Below, piece after piece: positions 50,733 to 64,000 of a stretch of DNA of 64,000 bases; positions within the stretch are counted from its first letter, which is position 1; every line of letters begins with the position of its first letter. The stretch lies in assembly GCF_026210795.1 (NCBI RefSeq), contig NC_089433.1, positions 3,844,001-3,908,000 of the forward strand, in the 5' to 3' direction. This stretch comes from Rhizophagus irregularis (Eukaryota). The notes beneath the pieces were generated by a model. The model was given only the letters and a program-made list of their open reading frames with translations. It was not told where the DNA came from and searched no databases. A program made the position numbers and the translations under genes.

Positions 50733-51546
50733 TTACGCATACAATTTACAAGTTCTTCTATGAGATTTATTTCCATTTCTCCTAATCTCATTATAATCAG
50801 CAAAACACCTATAATAAATTTAATTTAAATTAATAAAATTTCTTAATTATAAAATAAAAACAAAACATATGCCTGATTGAAACTTACAACCAACAGAATT
50901 CATATTTACAATGTTTAACAGTACAAGTCATATGGTCGCATCCTCCATTTTTGGTAATTCTTACGCCACATTTGGGACATGACTTGGTTTCTCTTTCGAG
51001 TAAACTTTTTGTAGCTTTGTCTTCACCTAATTTTCTATTATTATATTCACTACAAGTTAATCCCTTATGCCAAGGAACATCGTGAGTATAACAGTATTTT
51101 TGACCGCAAGATTCACATGTCATTATGGGTGAGGCGTCTAATATTAAAAAGAAATTAAATTATCATTAATTTTTCTTTAAAAATAAATTTAAATAATCGT
51201 TATTATTACCTCCTTCAAAATTAATTTGACCGGCACCACATCTAGAATTTTTACACCATCTAAATTCTGGCAATTTGCTTAACGTTTGAGTAAGCATTAA
51301 TTTATCATATCTTTCAAATGCTTGTTTACTTGCGATCCTTTTTATATCCCTATGTTGTAATTCTTTTTTACAACCAGAAGACGGACAACAAATTTCTATA
51401 TTACCCTTACTTTCTAACTGTGCTTGAATATGCTTATCAACACATAATTTACAAACATCTAATTCATGGTTACAATCTGCAGTTACTTGTAAGAATAGGT
51501 GCCTTGGAAGAAGTTCAAAACAAATTTGGCATTCTTCTTTCATCAT
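50733..51546 (-). CDS. RBR (RING1-IBR-RING2) E3 ubiquitin ligase, 220 aa
   Basis: join(51546-51210, 51137-50888, 50808-50733); CQIC..CNH..CKLC..CCPSSGC; WCKNSRC..CESC..C..HDVPWH..C; CPKC..GGCDHMTC..C..EFCWLC. Confidence 0.9.
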
Positions 51547-52975
51547 TTTAGAAATGTTTTAAAATTTTGTATTTCTATTATTTGGAAGGGGATGAATATT
51601 AATATTTTTATTTGTTTCAACAAAAAAAAAGTTCACACTTATAAATGCGTACGACAGATGCTTTTCCATAAAAATCAATATCCGTTAAAAACACTGATGC
51701 AAGAATCACCTTCTTGACACGGCATTATTATGCACTGTATGACAAACATTCTTTTCTTGACTCGAAACAGTAAAAATTACCTTCTTGACCATCTTCGTAT
51801 TACTTTTTACTGTATTAGTGATAAACAATTTTTTTTTTGGATATTTTAATAAAAATATCTTGTTAAAATCAAATTTATTGTTAATAATATATATTAAAAT
51901 AAAAAAAAAATTAATTTCTCATAAAATCTTAAAACAATCAAGTACCGTAATTATTTAAAAATATTATAAATCTGTTTATTATTAATAGTAATGTCTTGCA
52001 AAAAAAAAAACAATTCTTTTTGTGTCTATAATCTTTGAATGATAATGTAATAACAACGCATTAATGTTTTTAAAATTTAAAGAAAATGTTTGGTTTGTGA
52101 TACATATTTTGACAAGGAAGTCAAAGTCTGATACTTTTTGCCCCTGATCGACAAATTGCAATGTAAAATATAACCATAAAAAGAATTTTTTTTTTTTTTT
52201 TTTTTTTTGCGACAATTCTTGTTTTTAAGAATCAAAAACTTTAAAAACATCAAAATTTTTATTAAGATTTTATTATTTACATTAATGTATGAAAAAATAA
52301 CTATTTTAACAATTTAATATAGTTTACAACTGTAGTGACTTTTGAAAAAAGAATCTTGACAATAAGTGTTCATATATACATAAAATGTAACTAAATATAT
52401 ACAAAGTAAAAGATTTAAAAATATTATACTTTGATAACTGGGAAAGACTTTTTTTTTTAATATCAGCAGTGAATGTATGTATGCACGGGGCTTCAGGCTA
52501 TTAATGCATGATGGTGTCGCATACCTTGTATTTAAGCCAATCTCTGTTGTATTCCTACCCTGCCATACATTACTTATTTATTCCACAAAAATATCTTGTT
52601 CAATGGATTATAGTACAAGGGATAAAGGATCTCAACAAATCACTTCTCATAACTTAAAATTATGTGATTTTGAAGATGGATTAACGTACTGTATGTGTAA
52701 TAATGGATTAGATTATATAGAAATATAGTGAAACTGATCTCTTTGCAGCCTTATGCTCGACTTTAGTAATTGTACATTAGAATGTTCGAACAAATTTTGT
52801 AGACGAAAAATTTTTTTTTTATTTCATTTTTTATTTTCGGTTATTTATCAGAAGTTTAGATTTTAGAATTCCAAAAAAAAAATCGCAAATTCACCTCAAT
52901 GCTGGTGATCGGTTAAACAGGTTTTTTAAAGAAATTACAATGATGGAAAGGAAGTATTTTAGGTATAGCTATATG

Positions 52976-53032
52976 CAGTGATGTGCATTGGAAGATTCCA
53001 ATAGCTTCCAAATCTTCCAATGTACATCACTT
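52976..53032. mobile_element. 57-bp minimal hAT-type MITE
   Basis: 8-bp TSD GCTATATG (52968-52975, 53033-53040); arms CAGTGATGTGCATTGGAAGATT / AATCTTCCAATGTACATCACTT. Confidence 0.8.
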
Positions 53033-55499
53033 GCTATATGTACAATTTACATATACTGTACATAAAATAAAATGTTCCGGAATACGTTTCTTTTAAAGTA
53101 ACATTCATGTCCATTGGCCAATCACCTTTGATGTGAAGCCGATCAGGAAGAAGTGGTGAGAGAAGGAAAGGTGGGAAAGATGAGAGGAAAGTCAAGAGAG
53201 AAAAGGTAAAAGAGGGAAAAGGTAAGAGAGGGAAAAGGCTAAGGAAAAAATAGCCTAATATCAATATTAGCTATATTAGCTTAAAGAAAGTGGGATTCAA
53301 TAAGGAGATTGATCGAAAGATTTTTTTTCTTAATATATTCGTGGCACTATTTTATTAATTAGATTTCGTATTTCTACAAAATACGTAATTACAATGTGTG
53401 ACTACCTACCCGGCCTGCAAATGTATACATTGAAAGACCGATGAAAAGTAATTCATTGCATCACATATTTTTTTAATCATCTTTCTACAGACCAAAATAA
53501 ATTATTCTTTCTTTTGGTTAAAGATTTTTAAAAAGTTTAAAAAGTCCAAAATTGTTACACTGTCGACGTCACTATTATCACGTGATCAATTATCAGTCGT
53601 TGAATCTTATGTAATTATTAACCAATGAGCTCAATGTTTCAGCAGTTACGTGATTCTTTAACTGCAGAGGTGTCTACTTTTACTTTTCCTCAACGTTCAG
53701 TTAGTTTTATGGTTTAGTCTACCTACTTACTAGCATAGTTTCATTTTCTTTTTATATATATTTGGTTCTATACTGTCTTAATTCGGTCGGGTTTTTAGTC
53801 AGTTTTATATAGAATACTAGTTAGGGCTCGATTTTATTGAGTGAAGTTCGACATTGTATTTTTTTTTATAATTTATTAGTCTGTAAATTTCTTCAATGTA
53901 GTCATCCTAGCTAGCCATAAAATAAATAAATAAATAAATTGTTAAACAATGGTTGGGCCACCCTATATCTCTAAACGAAGGGTGTGGTCCTAATTAATTG
54001 GGATAAAAGTTAAAGATCTACACATATAGATTGACCCTGTAGCACTTCGGTGCACATTCTTTTATTGTAATAGACTTTGATTACCACTCTTTTGAAATAA
54101 AATAAATAAATAAATAAATAAATTATAAATCTTATATATAAATTATTATTTGAAAATAGAAAAAATCATACTTTTGAATAAAAAAAATGTTTCAGATCGA
54201 TATAAATTTCATTGAGTTGCACTTTTTGTTGCATTTATTGAGTCGAAAATTTACATGCGTGCGTCTATATACGCTCCTTATTCGGTTATTGATAATTATG
54301 TACGAAAAATGAGGAAATACTCAATAATTTCATTTCCTTGATCTACTATGTATTATCGTTAGGACATTCGGTCTAGTTTTAGTACTCAAAAGGTCAGGGT
54401 TGGAATAGTACATAAAAGGGTAACAATATAGAGTATCCTCATAGAATGATGTGTAAATCCTTCCTTTTTTGAATAATGCCAGGCGGAATTACGTAATTCT
54501 GGACTTGGCCGAGCTCTTGTTACCTATTTATATACTATTTGGTCTCACTGCGTAGTTTATTGAGAGTTAAGTCGCATGGAATACCTTGGAATCTGTTTCT
54601 GTTACATCTCCAGGGTGTGACTTAAGGATTTTATCTTAATATGTAAAATATTAAACCGTAAATCAATATTCAATTGGGACAGGGGCACAGGGGTTATCTT
54701 CTAAATTTTATACTAAATTTTATATTAATGTCTAATCAAAAAATCAAAAGGAATTTCATTTCTTCTTTAATTTTAGCCAGTTCTTATTAGGATCGAGAAA
54801 CCGTATCAGGTAATTTAGATTAGGATACGTCATTAGATGAGACATACATCGGAGAAGATCCTGAAATATATAAAAAGTCAGAGGCGGTCAAAATAATTTT
54901 ACTATCATATTAGACACATTTTTTCAGGGCCAGAATTATGATAATTTTGGCCAGTATCCAAATAAAGTAATGGCTTTCCACCAGGATTATCTATAACCTT
55001 TTCATAGTATCGCTGTCAACTATTAAATCGGGAAATTTCTGTTTTATTAAAAAACAATCCAAGATTTTAAAATTCAATAACTTTATATTTATTTAATTTG
55101 GATTTAAATAATAATAATAATAATAAAAGTTTAAGAATGCATAATAAAGAATAATATAAAATATTAACGCCAAAAAAATACTAAAAAAAAATTTTTTCTT
55201 ATGGAAATATATCCAAGAGTAAGTATGTTACATGATGATGTAATTCTTTGAGATACTATTGTAGAATTTTAAAAGAAAATATGAAAAAAATTCAGAATAA
55301 GATGGGAATAACATCAATCTTAATAGGAATTTGTTTTTAATGTAGCAACAATATAAATAATCAAATGACTCATAAGAAGAATAATCATGCATCGGGACCT
55401 AAATTGTGATTATGATCAGTAACCATCAGTTTTGCTAATAATGACTCAATAAGTTTACATCATATTTTCCCATGAAATATTCTATAAAAAATCATGAAA

Positions 55500-56464
55500 T
55501 TTCTTTTTTCTTTTATACTTTTTATACTTGCACTCTTTTTTATTTTTATTTATACTCACACTCGCGCTTTTTTTTTATTTTTTTCTGTACTTACACTCGT
55601 ACTTATTAAGTTTGAAGAAATATTCTTTCTTTACCGCGTTTTTTAACTCCCTGTTCAGAAACGCAAAAAATATCTCTAGTCTTTCGGCCGCTCCTAGTCA
55701 AAAAAAGTTTCGGCGAAACTTTCTTACTTTCGTTAAAAATTTTTGTTATTTCCTTTCAAAGAAAACTTATTGTAAACAAATGACGAAGACATACAGTACT
55801 AAAAAAATTGTTTAAAGATAGTTATGAACACTTATTCAATAATAGCCTTCCTTTCTTTTTTCTAAAAACGAAAGCTTAACGTTAAAGAAAAAATTGGAAT
55901 AAGCGTCAAACCTGAATAGACAGTAATATATTCTATTATTCTGGTAAGTGGAAATGACTAAGCTGGGATGTATAAGGGACTAGTGCACCTAGAGTGCTTT
56001 GGTTATCCTCCTCTTCTAGAAGTCTGGTTACCTTCAATGAGAAAAAAATACTGTATCAGTATGTCTCAAGCTATGTCGCAGACTTCTGTATGTGGGGCCC
56101 GTCCCTTTGGTGGTGGGTCTCATGTCTTATTATCAATGTGACAGTACCTCTGCACGAGTTTGATCACTCACGATATACGTTAATGTCAGTTGATAGTAGG
56201 CATGGGGGCTTGAATTTGTCTTTTCTGCAAAGCTTACTTAGAGTACTCGAGTCTTCTAACCTATTTTACTATATTTTATATTTTTAGATTTCATTTATTC
56301 AGCTTTTTACTTTACAGTAAGGATTTAGGATCGGTATGTTAGATTTTTGTTATTTGTTTTAATTTTAAGTTCTAGTATTTGCAATTAATGATAGTTTTAA
56401 AAATTTTCATTAACATTTTAACTGTTTTTTATTATATAATATTTACTTACACTTTAAAAAAAAA
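55500..56464 (+). mobile_element. Possible internally deleted non-LTR retroelement relic
   Basis: Higher-GC patches, T-rich 3' part, ends in an A-run; no clear TSD or RT motif. Confidence 0.25.
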
Positions 56465-58016
56465 TCGCGATAAAATAATCAATTGAAATTATATGTACTA
56501 TTTATAAAATAAAATAATAAGTTTCCATCTCTTATAATGAAATCGCACTGTTTTTTTAGTTACTGCTGCTAAAGTTTGTGTTTGTCCTGCAGAGGAGGTA
56601 GTGCAGCTTTTGCAATATAAATTTTTAACGTTAAATCACGTAACTTCAAACCGTTGTATACCTGAGAGAATGCTATCGTTGTGGGTGGTGAAGACTGAAG
56701 AAATTAACAGTCGTAGCGTTTGCAAGCGTGAGTAATATTTAAGCTTGAACTGATGTTGTAAGAATTGGCGTTGTTTATTTTATTAAAAATTAGTTAATGA
56801 AATAAATTTTGTAATTTGTGTTAATATAATCATATGGAATATTATAATCAAAAAAAAAATTTCGTTTTACAATCTTTACAATTTCTTATTTTTTATTTTT
56901 TAGTTGATTAAATAATCATAGTCATTAAAAATAAATAATTCTGTATCCAATCAACTTTGATGTGATCGATGATTAATCTTTTTCGATCACGAGTCAACTA
57001 AAATTTATATTATATCAGTATGTGTATTCCTATGCTAACAGCACACCCTAATATAATATTCTAATGAATGATGATGATAATATTTATAGTGAGTGTTATC
57101 TTAGTGATATTAATTTATAATTTAAATGTAATTTCTATTATTACACGCTCATTAGGATTGTGCGGAATTCATTGTACCGATATTTTTGTTATCATGCCCG
57201 ATATTTTTAATGATGATCGACAATATAATTATATTAGCACACGCACTAATCCTAATATCACGTATAATAATATTGTTATTGAACGGGGCTATATCGGCCT
57301 TCGGCCGATATTTTGACGCCCCTTCAATAACATACAATTATCATATTTATTAAAACAATCACCACATAAAAAATTCATATATTTATTATTCCTATGTTAT
57401 AAAGTGTCGTAGGATAACGACAAATATTTATGCGGTCTCATGGAAAGTATTTGATTAACGCTATTCTTTAATTGTTCAGCACTTCACCTCCTGAATACAT
57501 GCGTAACAAGCTCTCCGCGAAGTTTTTAAAGTATCAGTACTCAAATTATTCGGTATTTGGATTTCAAACTTACCGAACTCACTCATCTCAATAATATATT
57601 TGTATCATCATAAATAAGAACATAAACTGTAAAGGTTTCTTTTATGCTAATAAATAATCTATTCTTCCATTCTATATTTAGAGTAAGTTTATTAAAAACA
57701 AAAAATATATAGATTATCTTTAGTAAATCAATAGAACTCTTTAAGTTTCGGCAAATCACTTGCTTACTGTAATAATTTTCTTTCTATCAAGCTTTTTTGA
57801 CTATATGTATACTTTGAAAGTACACGACTTGTAAATTTCCTATAATCCTTATTTAAACTTCATATCAGGCAATCTGACGAATGGCAGATCCAGATTCTCA
57901 AAAATGTGAACAGAAGTAAACCACAAATAGCCAGTTCACTAACGACTTGAAAAAACTTTTTAACACTGGAAACAGAGTTTTTATTAGAGTTTTATTACAT
58001 TAGTCTTTCTCATAAT

Positions 58017-58280
58017 TAGGGTGTGATCCGGTCAAATTCGGTCTTGAAAAAAATTGAATCCGTATTTAGATCCTTATCCGCTCGAAAAAAAAACACGTAT
58101 ATGAACCATCCGGATTATGGATTTAATCAAATTTTGACCGGATGATTAAATAGCACATATCATTGTCGTATTTATTAAATTTCATTCAGCCAATCCTATT
58201 CACCATCATATTCACCATCATCATACAGTATTCACCGGATTGAACGGATTGGGTTTCAGATGACCGGGATCACACCTTTA
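58017..58280. mobile_element. hAT-type MITE
   Basis: 8-bp TSD CTCATAAT (58009-58016, 58281-58288); TIRs TAGGGTGTGATCCGGTCA / TGACCGGGATCACACCTTTA; internal CCGGAT motifs. Confidence 0.85.
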
Positions 58281-58753
58281 CTCATAATAATACTACTGTA
58301 TTAACAGTTAATGTCAAATCTTTATCATTCAGAGTTAGACGTGTATAATAATTATAGTGAATTTTTGTAAAATATTAAGATCGGAATCTATAATCTATAC
58401 TATCCATTGTTTATTTCATGCAGACGAAAATTTCGGGAGAACCAAAACTTGTACTATTCACAATATTTATTTTAGGAGACATAAAGTATATACTGAATAT
58501 TATATTTACATTTTATATAAATAATAAGTTAATCTTTAACAATATGATGATATTCTTTCATCGGCAAATTCGTATTGCTCATACCTTAAATGCAAACCCT
58601 TAGTGTAACTTGTAATTTACTTTGTAGTACGTGTAAAATGTAGATTTGATCCATTTTATTTATAATGAAACATTTTTTTTTACTAATCGACAAAATTTTT
58701 TCTTCCTTTTTTTCGTAAATCTTAATTTAAATTTTTTTTCTTCATTTATAAAA

Positions 58754-60090
<1,337 letters not shown>

Positions 60091-60743
60091 TTAAGATCTT
60101 AATTATTTTAAAATTTAAACTAAATAAATTATTTTTTGATGTTATTTTAAATTTTGTTCGTTTAGATAGATAGTTACATGATAATTAAAAAAATTTAAAT
60201 ATCGTAAACCTTCTTTTTATTCATCTTAAGAATGTTTTAAATTGCAACCACCTCGATATCTAAAAGTCTCGCCACATTGTTTGCTAATACTACCGAGCCA
60301 ACCATGTGGCAACAGTTTATTAATAGTATTAATTTTAGAAAGTATGTTAATGATAGTTTCAAACCACTAAACAACTTTTCCTTAATAAAGGAAGTCAATT
60401 CTAAATTTTGTTAATGTATTAATGAATGAAATTATTCCTAATTTTGTATAATGAATTTTGTCGGATTAAATAATATGCAAAATGAAAGTATTTCATGGTA
60501 ATGTACAACGTGCAATAATAGTACTTCTCTTATCAAATTATTGTCTTTGATCAAAATTATTAGTTAATAAAAAAAGTCAAATTGACCTATTCTAAATATT
60601 CTAATGATTAAACAAATTCACAAATGTTCGATCACTTTTTTCACAATCGCTTGTGATATTTTAATATGATGACTAAAATAGTATGATATATTTAAACTTA
60701 TAGTCTTAATAGTTAATTGATGCTGATACAATTTATTTAAAAA

Positions 60744-62784
60744 TTATTTTGGAACACTTCCTTCAGGCTCAATAAATCCTTTTCGAGATGCATCTTCTAG
60801 AAATGTTTTTAGCCGTGACATTGCAGCAGGAGAAGAAGTTAGGAGTGCTTTTATTTCTGGAGGAGGCTGGTGAACATAAGCTTTAAAAATGACATAAAGT
60901 ATTTTTGTAGCTTGTCCTTTATATACTTGTACCACTTGCGCACCAGCAACCTACGAAGGTAACTTTCTTAGAAAATAAAACAAAACAAAAAAACATGACA
61001 AATGCAATATTCCTTACCTTGAGGAAAGTATATAAAAGGAATGGAGTGATTTTTTGAGGTGGTAAATTCAACAATCGCGCCAACCAAATCCATGCATGAT
61101 CCATTGAATATGGATTAATTCGATCTAAAGGTGATTAAATTTAAGTAAACAAGTAAAAATGAATTTAATTTTAACATACTTACTGGGAATCAATGGAACA
61201 GTTTGCATTATAGCGCAATACAAAGCTAGAATTGCACACATCCTTTTGAAATATGCGTCTTCTTCTTCATTTTGTTTGTAGCCCATTTTTTTCCTAAGAT
61301 CATTAATATTTTGATTCTAAAATTCAAAGAAGATAACGTTAAAATAAATTAATTATAATTGTGATAATTTAACTTATAATAAAAATTAAACCCTACCGAA
61401 AGTCTGGCATAATATCTTGGTAATACGTATGGACATTTTTTGACAAACCGAGCCATCATGAATTTTTCCATAAAATCGGAATGCTCTGTTGAAACTAGAA
61501 CAGATACATGAGCAAATGGAAAAGCTGCGGCTTCATTGGATAATACATCAACTTCAGCATGTTTCTAAGTTTATAATATAGATTAATTGAAACAAACAAA
61601 CAACAAATAATTGAGTGAAAAATCAAAATCTACAAAATAAGAAACAAACCACAATGCCTTTTGCCGTATAATTAAGGAGAAAATAATAAAGTCTCTGATT
61701 ATTTTGAGCGGTTTTAAACATTCTATCTAACCGAGAAGCCTTTTGATAGCATATATACAGTATTTTAGTATATAGAAAATGAATAACGAAAAAAAAATTT
61801 CAATAATAACGAATTTTATACATACGATATCAATTATTTTCGTCCTATCATTAGTAAGGGTATTTAATGCTAAGGTTATATTTTTCCTCGAGTCTAAAGA
61901 AGCTTGCTTTAATTGAGGATCCTTTGCAATATTGTCATTAATAAGTTTTAGGTATTGTCGGTATCTTTCTTCTTCCTTCAAGGCTTCATCTGATGCAAGT
62001 TTATTCAGGGCTTTTTTCTCAGCCTCTATTTTTTCGTTTTCCTTAGCTACTTTTTTTCTTCGGCTGCTTTTATCGCCTCCTCTTCCTTTTTTTTTCTGCA
62101 GCGGCTGCTTCTTTTTGAGCCTTAATAGCTGCTAAAGCTTGTCTTTTCTTTTCATCCTCCGCTAATTGACGATTTATTTCTTCTTGTTTTTTTGCTTGTA
62201 ATCTACGATCGTAATTCTAAAATAAAATGAGTAATTATTATTGAAGAAGATATATAAGTTATTACATTATGAAATCAGATCAAATTATTTTCTCACTAAA
62301 TCCCGTACAATTGTAATGATTTTGAATAATTGGACAGACCTCTGCCTCTTGACTCCATTTTGCTTGTTCAACTTGAAAATCTTTTTGTCTTCTAAGTCTC
62401 TCTTTCTCACTAAAACAATATAGAATTAAAAATAAGAATGGTTTATTATAAAAACATCGGCGAACTTACTATTGCAGGTTTATTTTTTCACAAAATTTTT
62501 GCCATTGTTTATATTTTTCTTCCCGCATTCGTTCTGCTTCTTCATATCTTTTTTTCACTTCTTCTCTAGCTAATAAAATATCATGTTCGTGCTCTCTTTC
62601 TCTCTGTTCTAAAGTTTGCTATAAAGGAGAAAAGTTTTAATATTCAACAATAATAACGAATTTAAATTTAACAAACTTCACAAACCTGTATTAGTTCGTT
62701 CCTCCACTTTATTTTCTCACTTTCGAACCTATCACTTTCACATGCAACAAAATCCAACTCTTCTTGTGTTACTGGCTTCTGCAT
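60744..62784 (-). CDS. GLE1: mRNA export factor GLE1, multi-exon (start uncertain; two apparent homopolymer indels)
   Basis: N-terminal coiled coil; C-terminal MARFVKKCPYVLP, YFKRMCAILALY, AWIWLARLLNLPP, FLKVAG, PAAMSRLKTFLE. Confidence 0.85.
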
Positions 62785-63102
62785 TCTATATAAACAAGAG
62801 ATACAAACAGGGAGAAATTAATGTAAGGAAAACGTCTGAATATTGAATAAATTTTGTCACATGATAAATAATATTTGTTTAACGTCTTTAATTTTTGTAC
62901 AACTCATTGAAACCATTGGTCTAATGCAGATCAACTAGACAATATATAAATTTACCCAAAAATAATCATTATTTCCTTATAACGTAACTTCGCATAACCT
63001 ATAAGCTGCTTTATTTACCTTAAATAGAGGTTATTTATAAATAATGTTTCCTGCATCATTTTCCGTATTTTTCTCAATTTCTCTCTCTTTTTTATTCTGA
63101 AA

Positions 63103-64000
63103 ATGGCCAGTCTATCATTATATGATAGATTAAGACAAAATGATGATTTTGAATTACCAGAATTAAGACCAAGATCACCAAGATCACCAAAAAATGAAGA
63201 AGACAACCCTATTTATAGTTTAAAAAGCAGAAATAGCACTGGTGATACAGAAGAATTTGACGATGACACATATCTTTTGCCATCTAATAGATCAAATATA
63301 GATGTAAACTCTCCAGTACCGATGGTCGCTGCGGTAATTGATTAAATTGACTCACTAATGAATTACTCTTTTATTCGAGTGTAAATAGTGTAAATAACAA
63401 TTAAATATTATAATAGGCAGTTAGTATTAAGGATGATCCGTCTCTACCATGTATAACGTTTCGTTTCTGGGTTCTAAGTTTTGTAAGTGATAGTTTTAAT
63501 GGCTTACAATTATAATAACCTGTCTAATTTTTTATGAAAAATATCTTTTTCAGATATTTACGGCACTTGGAGCTGCTGTATCAGAATTTTATTATTTTAG
63601 ATCAAACGGTGGTGGATATTCGATTTTTTTTGTATTACTTGTTTCTTTTGTTATTGGTAAATGGATGGCTCGTGTACTTCCTACAGATGAATTTAAAATT
63701 GGGAATTGGAGATTTACATTAAATCCAGGTAACGTATTGATAGGTATTGATTTAATTTATGCCGCCTGAAATTTAATTTGGGTTTTTTTTTTACTTAGGT
63801 CCATTTAATATAAAAGAGCATGTGCTTATAGCTGTTGCAGCAGGAGCTGGAGGTGGTTCGGCTTATGGCACTGTTAGTAAATCAAATTTTTTTTGCGATC
63901 TTTATAAATAATAAAAATGTTAACAATTTATCATTGTTTATTTATTAAAAGGATATTATAGCCATACAAGAGCTTTTCTATAATCAACATTCTGGATTCT
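63103..64000 (+). CDS. OPT-family oligopeptide transporter (5' part, continues beyond the window)
   Basis: NSPVPMVAA, DDPSLPCITFRFW, FTLNPGPFNIKEHVLI and SAYGTDIIAIQELFY are OPT signatures; GT-AG introns. Confidence 0.92.

Noticed and set aside
57068..57316. 82-aa ORF with hydrophobic N-terminus
   Set aside because: Hydrophobicity is expected from AT-rich codons; no other support.

Overview
AT-rich, intron-containing fungal DNA. The gene content (expanded BTB-BACK-TLDc family, tyrosine-kinase-like kinase, many MITEs) suggests an arbuscular mycorrhizal fungus such as Rhizophagus; this is inference. About 1-38 kb is accessory-like: a tandem cluster of BTB-BACK-TLDc genes (2 intact, 2 disabled, 2 remnants), a kinase/coiled-coil gene, an inverted pair of KH-domain genes and many transposon relics. 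About 39-64 kb carries conserved genes: TSC1, a Zn(II)2Cys6 factor, an RBR E3 ligase, IDI1, GLE1 and an OPT transporter. The main observation concerns the apparent ~95-bp satellite at 22.8-26.0 kb. On the minus strand it reads as 34 consecutive GT-AG introns separating 31 three-nucleotide exons, one 12-nt exon and one 1-nt exon. Joining them by hand links an ATG exon (26046-26004) to the kinase exons in one stop-free 970-aa frame, and the 1-nt exon supplies exactly the phase shift needed. This splicing model is predicted from sequence only and needs transcript confirmation.
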